From NCBI RefSeq assembly GCF_000981785.2, contig NZ_CP011304.1, positions 390,001 through 422,000 on the forward strand: a stretch of 32,000 nucleotides of DNA, in the 5' to 3' direction. Position numbers and translations under genes: made by a program. Shown in pieces: positions 24,507 to 31,741 of the stretch. The first letter of the stretch is position 1, and the number at the start of each line of letters is the position of its first letter. The notes under the pieces were generated by a model, which searched no databases, was not told the origin of the DNA, and worked only from the letters and a program-made list of their open reading frames with translations. The DNA is from Microcystis aeruginosa NIES-2549. Its GTDB lineage: Bacteria; Cyanobacteriota; Cyanobacteriia; Cyanobacteriales; Microcystaceae.

Positions 24507-25979
24507 CTATGATTGCCTTTGACTGATTGCCGTGCCGGTTAATAACACTGATGCTTGGTTTTCAGTCCAGTGAATCATCCAACTCGGTTGTAATCCCAAA
24601 ACAATAATAAATAAAGCCAAAGCAATTTCGGGAAATCTTTCGGGCCAGGTACTGCGGGGAATGCGCGATAATTCAGGGGTTAAACGACCAAAGAAAACCC
24701 GATTAATCATCAGGAGAAAATATACTGCGGTTAAACCACTAGCAACCAAACATAAGAGCGTTTGTATCGGAAAAATCGGGAAACTGCCACGAAAGACCAA
24801 AAATTCGGCGATAAATCCCACCATTCCGGGGATGCCGGCGCTGGCCATAGCCGCTAAAATCATTAACATTCCCGTGATTGGTAAACCTCTTTCTGGATTT
24901 AATAAACCGCGTAGATAATCCACATCCCGGCTGCCGGTTTTTTTATACACTACTCCCACCAACAAAAATAACAAAGCGGAAATTAAACCGTGACTAATCA
25001 TCTGCAAAATCGCCGCGGTGATGCTTAATCTGGTGGTGGCCGCCGCCGCTAGTAAAATATAGGCCATGTGGGAAATGGAAGAATAGGCGACTACTTTTTT
25101 CATATCCTTCTGGGCAATAGCGCAACTGGCCCCGTAGAGGGCGCTGATAGCTGCTATCGTTGCTAACCAAGGGGCGATAGTCACCCAAGCGTCAAGAAAT
25201 AAACCGACTCCAAAGCGCAGCAGTCCATAGGTTCCTAATTTGAGTAATATTCCCGCTAAAAGCACAGAAACGGGGGTAGATGCTTCGACGTGGGCATCCG
25301 GTAGCCAAGTATGAAAGGGAAAAATCGGGATTTTGATGGCTAATCCAATCAGAAGGGGAATAAGGAGCAGTAATTGGGTTTTAACGTCTAAATTGTTCGA
25401 TAAAAGGGGGTTATAGGCGAAATTATTAGCACCGGTTAGCCAAACTAAGCCAAGGAAAGAGATTAGCACTAAAAAGCCAGAAATTGCCGTGTATAATAAA
25501 AATTTCATGCCCGCATAACCGCGTCTTTGACCCCCCCAAATGGCAATGAGAAAGTAAAGCGGGACGATTTCTAATTCGTAAAATAGGAAGAATAGCAGTA
25601 AATCCTGCGCTAGAAAGGCCCCCGCTACTCCGGCATTGAGTAACAAGAGCAGAGAATAGTAAAATTTCGGTCGGTTAACCTCTGTGCCACTAGCATAAAG
25701 AGCAATTATTGTCAAGATGCTGTTAAGAAAAAGTAATGAGAATGACAATCCATCAACACCGAGGGCATAATTGAAACCGAGGAAATTAATCCAAGGCAGG
25801 TTAACCGTGAACTGCATTTGCGGGTTACTAGGGTCAAATTGCCAGCCAAGGAGGATATTAAGCAGTAAGAGAACGACAGAAAGAGTTAGAGCTAATCCTC
25901 GCACTTTTTTCGCCTCTAGAGGCGTGTAGGCAATCAGTATCGCCCCTATAATCGGTAGCCAAATAAAAGCGTTGAGCAT
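24507..25979 (-). CDS. ndhD: NAD(P)H-quinone oxidoreductase subunit 4 (NdhD; D3/D4-like by length and N-terminus)
   Basis: The 490-aa polytopic membrane protein carries antiporter-like subunit motifs (FPFHTWLPDAHVEASTPVSVLLAGILLKLG). MLNAFIWLPIIGA resembles the NdhD3/D4 N-termini. Confidence 0.85.
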   Translation of the reverse strand: MLNAFIWLPIIGAILIAYTPLEAKKVRGLALTLSVVLLLLNILLGWQFDPSNPQMQFTVNLPWINFLGFNYALGVDGLSFSLLFLNSILTIIALYASGTEVNRPKFYYSLLLLLNAGVAGAFLAQDLLLFFLFYELEIVPLYFLIAIWGGQRRGYAGMKFLLYTAISGFLVLISFLGLVWLTGANNFAYNPLLSNNLDVKTQLLLLIPLLIGLAIKIPIFPFHTWLPDAHVEASTPVSVLLAGILLKLGTYGLLRFGVGLFLDAWVTIAPWLATIAAISALYGASCAIAQKDMKKVVAYSSISHMAYILLAAAATTRLSITAAILQMISHGLISALLFLLVGVVYKKTGSRDVDYLRGLLNPERGLPITGMLMILAAMASAGIPGMVGFIAEFLVFRGSFPIFPIQTLLCLVASGLTAVYFLLMINRVFFGRLTPELSRIPRSTWPERFPEIALALFIIVLGLQPSWMIHWTENQASVLLTGTAISQRQS

Positions 25980-26046
25980 TCTTTAATGGGCATGATAAAC
26001 CTTCCCATTATTGCCTGAGCGGTCAATCTTTAGCAAGATAAGTAGA

Positions 26047-26187
26047 TAGGTGTTAAAAGTTGTCAGACACTCCCCTTATCAAGGTAGGGTTGATTCAAGG
26101 TAGGGTTGATTCATGAATCAACCCTACAGGGGCAAGGGGGGATCGAGCCTAAAACCCATTTTCAATTTAATTATAAACAGCTACTTA
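26047..26187. mobile_element. MITE-like element, family B (141 bp, long form with nested palindromic insert)
   Basis: It has the same ends as 14143-14237 (taagtagataggtgttaaaagttgtcagacac ... ttcaatttaattataaacagctactta). Internally it has a tandem 16-bp duplication aaggtagggttgattc (26089-26104, 26105-26120). It also has a 28-bp perfect palindrome gtagggttgattcatgaatcaaccctac (26108-26135). Confidence 0.75.
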
Positions 26188-26215
26188 AACTGGTGAACAT
26201 TTAACTTAACTAACG

Positions 26216-28885
26216 ATGAAACAAGAAAAGATCACTCTCAGTCAACTCGAAGGCTTTCTATTTAAGGCGGCGGACATTCTTCGCGGCAAAATGGACGCTT
26301 CCGAGTTCAAAGAATTTATCTTTGGGATGTTGTTCCTCAAACGCTTGTCAGACGAGTTTGAGCGCAAGCAAGCGCAACTCAAGAAACAATATGCACACAT
26401 CCCAGACCCGTCGCTGCTGGCCGAACTCCTAGAAGGCGAAACCTCCTATGGAGAAACATTTTTCGTACCTCCTCGCGCTCGCTGGCATCAATCTTGGCGC
26501 GACGAAAACGGCCAGGAAGTCCCGCCGCTCAAACACCTTAAGCAGGACATCGGCAATATGCTCAATAAGGCATTAGCGGCGGTAGAGGATGCTAACGATG
26601 CCTTGGCGGGAGTGCTGAAGAATAACATCGATTTTAATGCCACCAAGGGCAAAACCAAGATACCTGACCACAAATGGAAGGATTTACTAGATCACTTCAA
26701 TCAGCCCCAATTTGTGCTGGTCAACGATAATTTTGAGTTTCCCGACCTATTGGGTGCAGCCTACGAGTACCTAATCAAATACTTTGCCGATAGTGCCGGG
26801 AAGAAAGGGGGAGAATTTTACACGCCGGCCGAGGTGGTGCGGCTGTTGGTACAGTTGGTTAAACCCCAAGCGGGCCATACTATCTATGACCCTACCGTGG
26901 GGTCGGGCGGTTTCCTTATCCAGTCCTATCAATATGTGGAGGAACAGGGGCAAAACCCCCAGAATCTAGCACTCTACGGACAGGATTCTAACGGTACGGT
27001 CTGGTCAATTTGTAATATGAATATGATCCTCCACAACATCACCCGCTTCACCATTGAAAACGGGGATACTCTCGAAGATCCGCTCATTTTAGAAAACGGA
27101 CAGATTCGCAAGTTTGACCGAGTTCTCGCTAATCCGCCCTTTTCCCAGGATTACAGCCGGGCTAATCTCAAGTTTACCAACCGCTTTCGCGAATTCTGCC
27201 CGGAAAAGGGGAAAAAGGCGGATCTGATGTTTGTCCAGCACATGATTGCCAGTCTTAAACCCGACGGCCACATGGCCACTATCATGCCCCATGGGGTGCT
27301 ATTTCGGGGGGGGAAAGAGAAGCTGATTCGAGAGATCTTAATTGAGGATGATCTGATTGAGGCGATTATTAGTTTGCCACCGGGGTTATTTTATGGCACG
27401 GGTATCCCGGCCTGTGTGTTGGTGGTGAATAAAAATAAACCCGAGGAATTAGGCGATAAAATCCTTTTTATTAATGCCGATCGAGAATATGCTGAGGGAA
27501 AGAACCAGAATAAATTGCGCCCCGAAGACATTGAAAAGATCGATTATGTCTTTACCCACAAGCGAGAATATCCCAAATATAGCCGCTTGGTAGATAAGTC
27601 GGAAATTGTCGAAAAACACGACTTTAATCTTAATATTCGCCGCTATGTGGATAATACGCCAGACCCGGAACCAGAGGATGTAAAAGCTCACTTGATGGGG
27701 GGTATTCCGCAGGCTGAAATTGCCGCACAACAGGATACTTTTGCTAAGTTTGGCATCAATACAAATACCCTATTTAAGCCCCTACGCCCCGGCTATGCTA
27801 GTTTTTGCCCAGAAATTGCCACGAAAGCCGCTATTAAAGAGAATCTGGAAGCTAATCCCGATTTACAAGCAAGGATAAGCGACCACTATACTACGCTTAA
27901 AAATTGGTGGCGAGAAGCGCGGGATGATTTTGCCAAGTTGGAGGGAAATAATATTATGCCCCAAGTGCGGCAGCAATTACTGAGCAGCCTTAAACAGCAG
28001 CTGATTCCTTTGGGGGTTTTAGATGAGTTTAAATCGGCGGGGGTGTTTGTTAACTGGTGGCAGCAGATTCGCTATGATCTAAAGACTATTATTAACACTG
28101 GCTGGCATCATACTCTTATCCCTGATCAGTATTTATTAGCGGCATTTTTTCAGGCGGAAGAGGCGGCAATTGAGGAACTAGAAAGTAAGATTAGTGCAGT
28201 ACAAGGGGAGTTAAGCGAAGCGGTGGAATCAGCGCAAGAGGTGGCGAATTATGAACCGGAAGAGGAAGAAACTGTTAGCGCCGCATCGATTAAGAAATGG
28301 CTTAAAGAGTTGATAGATGACCTGAAGCAATCCCAGGGCGATTCAGCAGCCAGAGAGCGCCAATCTTACCAACAAGAATACAATGTTATTACTGACATTG
28401 AGAATCGGATCAAGTTACTTAAGAATACACTTAAGGAACAGCAGAGTCAGCTTGAGTTAAAGCTGCGCTTAAAACGGGTTGGTGATGAGGAATTTAAGGC
28501 TGAAACTGTTGAATTACTTGAGCAGGTACAAAATCAGCTTATGGGGTTAAATGCAAGTAAAAAGGAAGAAAAGGCCAAGATTAACGCGCTTAATAAGGAT
28601 AAGAAAGCCTTGGAGATTAAATTATCTTATCCTGAGGGATTACTGACTGAAATAGGAGGACAGTTAAGGGATGAAGAAGCGAAAAAATTGATTCTAAAAA
28701 AGCTCTATGATTGGGTATCGGAGCAGCTTACTCGTTACTTGAATGGGGAAAAGCGGGGACTTGTCGCTAAGGTTGAGAATCTTTGGGATAAGTATGCGGT
28801 ATCAAGTCAGGAAATGGAGGCCCAGCGAGAGCAGACTTTAGGACAGTTAAATGAGTTTTTGGTTAAACTAGGGTATAGGGAATAA
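26216..28885 (+). CDS. hsdM: Type I restriction-modification methyltransferase subunit HsdM with a long C-terminal coiled-coil extension
   Basis: The N-terminus is HsdM_N-like ([17 protein letters not shown]). AdoMet motif [10 protein letters not shown] and catalytic motif VLANPPFSQ are present, and the canonical module ends near [10 protein letters not shown] (aa ~476). About 400 further residues are largely Glu/Lys/Gln-rich helices. Confidence 0.9.
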   Translation: MKQEKITLSQLEGFLFKAADILRGKMDASEFKEFIFGMLFLKRLSDEFERKQAQLKKQYAHIPDPSLLAELLEGETSYGETFFVPPRARWHQSWRDENGQEVPPLKHLKQDIGNMLNKALAAVEDANDALAGVLKNNIDFNATKGKTKIPDHKWKDLLDHFNQPQFVLVNDNFEFPDLLGAAYEYLIKYFADSAGKKGGEFYTPAEVVRLLVQLVKPQAGHTIYDPTVGSGGFLIQSYQYVEEQGQNPQNLALYGQDSNGTVWSICNMNMILHNITRFTIENGDTLEDPLILENGQIRKFDRVLANPPFSQDYSRANLKFTNRFREFCPEKGKKADLMFVQHMIASLKPDGHMATIMPHGVLFRGGKEKLIREILIEDDLIEAIISLPPGLFYGTGIPACVLVVNKNKPEELGDKILFINADREYAEGKNQNKLRPEDIEKIDYVFTHKREYPKYSRLVDKSEIVEKHDFNLNIRRYVDNTPDPEPEDVKAHLMGGIPQAEIAAQQDTFAKFGINTNTLFKPLRPGYASFCPEIATKAAIKENLEANPDLQARISDHYTTLKNWWREARDDFAKLEGNNIMPQVRQQLLSSLKQQLIPLGVLDEFKSAGVFVNWWQQIRYDLKTIINTGWHHTLIPDQYLLAAFFQAEEAAIEELESKISAVQGELSEAVESAQEVANYEPEEEETVSAASIKKWLKELIDDLKQSQGDSAARERQSYQQEYNVITDIENRIKLLKNTLKEQQSQLELKLRLKRVGDEEFKAETVELLEQVQNQLMGLNASKKEEKAKINALNKDKKALEIKLSYPEGLLTEIGGQLRDEEAKKLILKKLYDWVSEQLTRYLNGEKRGLVAKVENLWDKYAVSSQEMEAQREQTLGQLNEFLVKLGYRE

Positions 28886-28908
28886 TCTAAGTCAGTTAGG
28901 AGCAGGTT

Positions 28909-29124
28909 ATGCAGTCTATTAAAAAGCAATTTGTCACAGATGAAAATCTGAAGCCAGTGGCGGTAATTATTAATTACCAAGATTGGCAAAAAATTGAGGC
29001 ATTATTGCAGGAAAGTGAACAGGAAGATAGTACAGAGTCTTTTAAAGCACTAGCAGCTTATGCGGGTAGCATTCAACTAACTATCGATCCTTTAGAATAT
29101 CAAAGTGAGATAAGGAACTCTTGA
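28909..29124 (+). CDS. Small antitoxin-like protein (Phd/YefM- or VapB-like), no adjacent toxin
   Basis: The 71-aa ORF has an aggag RBS 7-11 nt upstream. The N-terminus KPVAVIINYQDWQKIEALL and C-terminus DPLEYQSEIR resemble cyanobacterial type II antitoxins (recollection). It sits between hsdM and hsdS. Confidence 0.55.
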   Translation: MQSIKKQFVTDENLKPVAVIINYQDWQKIEALLQESEQEDSTESFKALAAYAGSIQLTIDPLEYQSEIRNS

Positions 29125-29163
29125 GTTTTTAAATGTTTTTTTGATTAAGTTGAGGTATTTGGG

Positions 29164-30393
29164 ATGAGTGTGGAAGGTTGGGAGAAAAAAGCCATACAAT
29201 ATTTAGCTAGTGATGTGCATCACTCATTTATTGATGGTGATTGGATTGAAGCACCATATATAATAAACGAAGGAATTCGCCTTATTCAAACAGGCAATAT
29301 TGGAGTTGGAAAATTCATTGACAGAAATAAGAAATATATTTCTGAATCTTCCTTTGTTGAACTTAGATGTAAGGAGGTTTACAGTGGAGACATATTAATA
29401 TGTCGATTAGCCGATCCAATTGGTAGATCTTGCATAGTTCCTCCCTTAGAAGAGAAGGCAATTACTTCTGTTGATATTTGTATTCTTCGCATAGACAAAC
29501 AAAGATATGATAAGTGGTTTATTTCTCACTCTTTGAATCAGCAGTCATTCTTGGATATTTGTCAAAAGGTTGCTGGAGGAAGCACGAGACAGAGAATTAG
29601 TAGAAGTAATCTCGGTAAAATTGAGATCGATATTCCACAAAGTAAAGCAGAACAAACCCAAATCGCCACCATCCTCTCAACAATAGACCGCGCGATTGAG
29701 CAAACCGAAGCCCTAATTGCCAAGCAGCAGCGCATCAAAACGGGACTAATGCAGGACTTGCTCACCAAAGGAATTGATGAAAACGGCAATATTCGCAGTG
29801 AAGAAACCCATGAATTTAAGGATTCACCGCTTGGGAGGATTCCGGTTGAGTGGGAGGTGAAAGAAATAGGAAAAGTTGCATCTTTACAGCGTGGATATGA
29901 TATTAGAGAAATCGATTTTCTTCCTGGTAACTTTCCAGTTATCGCATCTTCTGGAATTATAGGCTTTCATAAATTTAGAACTTCAATTGGTCCTAATGTT
30001 GTTGTAGGCAGGAAAGGCTCTATTGGAAATGTCTATTATATAGGTCTTGACTTTTGGGCGCATGATACCAGTCTTTTTGTAACAAATTTTTTTGGAAACC
30101 ATGAGAGATATATTTATTATTTATTTGTTTATCTAGAATTAGAGAGATTTGGCACAAAATCAGGCTCACCATCACTTAATAGAAACGATATCCATCCATT
30201 GTTAGTAAGTATTCCTAATCCAAATGAGCAAATAGAAATTGCTAGAATTATTTATAATTGCGATGAGTTGCTAACTACACTTTCAAAGGAGCTAGAGAAA
30301 AACAAACTCCAAAAAACCGGACTCATGCAAGACCTACTAACTGGCAAAGTTCGAGTTACGGACCTCCTCAACCAAAAAACAGCAGCAAATTGA
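29164..30393 (+). CDS. hsdS: Type I restriction-modification specificity subunit HsdS
   Basis: The 409-aa protein has two variable target-recognition domains. Each is followed by a conserved helix ending in TGLMQDLLT (nt about 29737-29770 and 30311-30345), the typical HsdS architecture. Confidence 0.9.
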   Translation: MSVEGWEKKAIQYLASDVHHSFIDGDWIEAPYIINEGIRLIQTGNIGVGKFIDRNKKYISESSFVELRCKEVYSGDILICRLADPIGRSCIVPPLEEKAITSVDICILRIDKQRYDKWFISHSLNQQSFLDICQKVAGGSTRQRISRSNLGKIEIDIPQSKAEQTQIATILSTIDRAIEQTEALIAKQQRIKTGLMQDLLTKGIDENGNIRSEETHEFKDSPLGRIPVEWEVKEIGKVASLQRGYDIREIDFLPGNFPVIASSGIIGFHKFRTSIGPNVVVGRKGSIGNVYYIGLDFWAHDTSLFVTNFFGNHERYIYYLFVYLELERFGTKSGSPSLNRNDIHPLLVSIPNPNEQIEIARIIYNCDELLTTLSKELEKNKLQKTGLMQDLLTGKVRVTDLLNQKTAAN

Positions 30394-30409
30394 TTCATCG
30401 GTCAAACCT

Positions 30410-30538
30410 ATGCAACCAGAGCAAACACCCACAAATCACAAAAACTTAAACATATACCCAGACTTTGCGAAGACAATGGCGATCGCTCGGCGCGGCATCA
30501 AAAAATATTGTAACGCCCTGATTGACCTCGCCAAATGA
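30410..30538 (+). pseudogene. C-terminal remnant of a Phd/AbrB-type antitoxin (42 codons)
   Basis: Not in the ORF track. MQPEQTPTNHKNLNIYPDFAKTMAIARRGIKKYCNALIDLAK ends like antitoxins paired with Doc toxins. Its TGA overlaps the next ATG (ATGA at 30535-30538). It is too short to be an intact DNA-binding antitoxin. Confidence 0.4.
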
Positions 30539-30702
30539 GAGAACCATACTGGCTCAACGAAAAGGAAATCATCGCAATTCATGGCGAAATCCTGATAAAC
30601 CAAACCGCACTGATCAGGCATACACAACAGCAAGCGATGAAAAAAGGGAAAATAAGAGTTTGCCATGAAAACACCAATAACAAACATCAAACCATCCCCT
30701 GA
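30535..30702 (+). pseudogene. N-terminal remnant of a Doc/Fic death-on-curing toxin
   Basis: Not in the ORF track (55 aa). MREPYWLNEKEIIAIHGEIL resembles the Doc N-terminus (EPxWLxxxxxxAIHxxxL). Similarity is lost before the Fic motif, and the ORF runs into mntA. Confidence 0.45.
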
Positions 30703-30991
30703 GCAAATTGAGAACTTTTGCCAACGTTGGCACATTACAGAACTGTCCCTATTTGGTTCAGTATTACGCGATGATTTCCGTGTTGATAGCGACATTGATA
30801 TATTAGTCACCTTTGACCCCCAATTTCAGCGCGGACTAACCGAAACATTGCAAATAAAAGAAGAACTGCAAAACCTATTTGACCGCAAAATTGACTTAAT
30901 TGTGAAAGCTGCTATAGAACGTAGTGCCAACTGGTTGCGTCGTCAGAATATCCTAGAATCTGCTCAGGTTATCTATGCTAAGAGATATTGA
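30665..30991 (+). CDS. mntA: Minimal nucleotidyltransferase antitoxin MntA (type VII TA)
   Basis: The 108-aa ORF carries LFGSVLRDDFRVDSDIDILV, the GSx(n)DxD nucleotidyltransferase motif. It overlaps the downstream HEPN gene by 17 nt. Confidence 0.85.
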   Translation: MKTPITNIKPSPEQIENFCQRWHITELSLFGSVLRDDFRVDSDIDILVTFDPQFQRGLTETLQIKEELQNLFDRKIDLIVKAAIERSANWLRRQNILESAQVIYAKRY

Positions 30992-31328
30992 ATCCCTCAT
31001 CGATATCGAACAAGCAGCCAAGCGTATCCTTCGCTTTTCGAGCGGTGTTGAGCAAATTGAGCTAATCACCAATGATGAGAAAATTTCAGCAATTCTCTAT
31101 CAGATTACAATTATAGGAGAAGCAACAAAACGACTTTCAATGGGATTTCGCCAACAACATCCAGAAATACCGTGGCGAAATCTGGCAGGGATGCGTGATA
31201 TAATTGTCCATGAATATGATCAAATTGATCTTGATATTGTTTGGGACGTAATTCAGCACGAAATTCCTCAACTATTGAAGCAAATTAAACCTATATTGAT
31301 GGACTCCAAAACTAATGAAAGCAATTAA
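30975..31328 (+). CDS. hepT: HepT (DUF86/HEPN) ribonuclease toxin
   Basis: The 117-aa ORF carries GMRDIIVHEY, the Rx4H HEPN motif. It is paired with the MNT gene. Confidence 0.85.
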   Translation: MLRDIESLIDIEQAAKRILRFSSGVEQIELITNDEKISAILYQITIIGEATKRLSMGFRQQHPEIPWRNLAGMRDIIVHEYDQIDLDIVWDVIQHEIPQLLKQIKPILMDSKTNESN

Positions 31329-31497
31329 TTTTAAAACCATCCTAAAAAACGGCATAGTCACCATTCCCGCCGAATATTCTTCTGAATGGGAAGGTAAACA
31401 GATCTGCGTTATCTTGTTGGATAATGCAGAGAAGATATTACCCGTCGAAACCACTGATATCAATCCCCTCAAAGGAAGCGTGACATTTGATGAGTAG
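31315..31497 (+). CDS. Small antitoxin-like protein (SpoVT/AbrB- or VapB-like), no adjacent toxin
   Basis: The 60-aa ORF overlaps the hepT 3' end by 14 nt. MKAINFKTILKNGIVTIPAEY resembles N-termini of small cyanobacterial antitoxins (recollection). A strong hairpin follows it. Confidence 0.4.
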   Translation: MKAINFKTILKNGIVTIPAEYSSEWEGKQICVILLDNAEKILPVETTDINPLKGSVTFDE

Positions 31498-31527
31498 AAA
31501 ACGGGTTTCTCCGAGAAACCCGTTTTC
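31497..31527 (+). terminator. Near-perfect 15-nt-arm hairpin at the stop codon of the 60-aa ORF
   Basis: Arm gaaaacgggtttctc (31497-31511) pairs with gagaaacccgttttc (31513-31527). The hairpin starts at the last base of the TAG stop. There is only a weak T-tract afterwards. Confidence 0.55.
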
Positions 31528-31605
31528 TGTGCGTTACTCAACGGATTTAGTATTAGTACACAAAGCAGCGTTGGTTTCCAAAGATGAAAAACCTCATAAA
31601 TATAG

Positions 31606-31724
31606 TTATAGCGTTTCCTAAGCTAGTGAGGTACACCTATTTTTCTTCCCTTTTGCCTTTTGCCTCTTGCCTTTTGCCTAAAACCCATAACTTTTGTACC
31701 TCAGCAGACTGAAAAACGCTATAA
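31606..31724. mobile_element. MITE-like element, family C (119 bp)
   Basis: The 11-bp TIRs are perfect: ttatagcgttt (31606-31616) and aaacgctataa (31714-31724). An inner inverted repeat is gaggtaca (31628-31635) / tgtacctc (31695-31702). The core is four heptamers cttttgc (31650-31677). The element ends 17 nt before the hsdR ATG. Confidence 0.75.
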
Positions 31725-31741
31725 ATAAAGGTTATCTGGTC

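Noticed and set aside
24661-25188. ORFs 24661-24918 (+) and 24994-25188 (-) within ndhD
   Set aside because: They are embedded in the polytopic ndhD coding region. One is basic low-complexity antisense and the other is out of frame. I consider both artefacts.
26488-27730. Short ORFs inside hsdM (26488-26673, 26771-26953, 26784-26969, 27089-27292, 27449-27730)
   Set aside because: All are nested within the hsdM reading frame, which carries the methyltransferase motifs. None has independent support.
30436-30810. 124-aa reverse-strand ORF between hsdS and mntA
   Set aside because: It overlaps the motif-supported mntA gene and the Phd/Doc remnant on the forward strand. The translation is Ser/Cys/Phe-rich with no motif.
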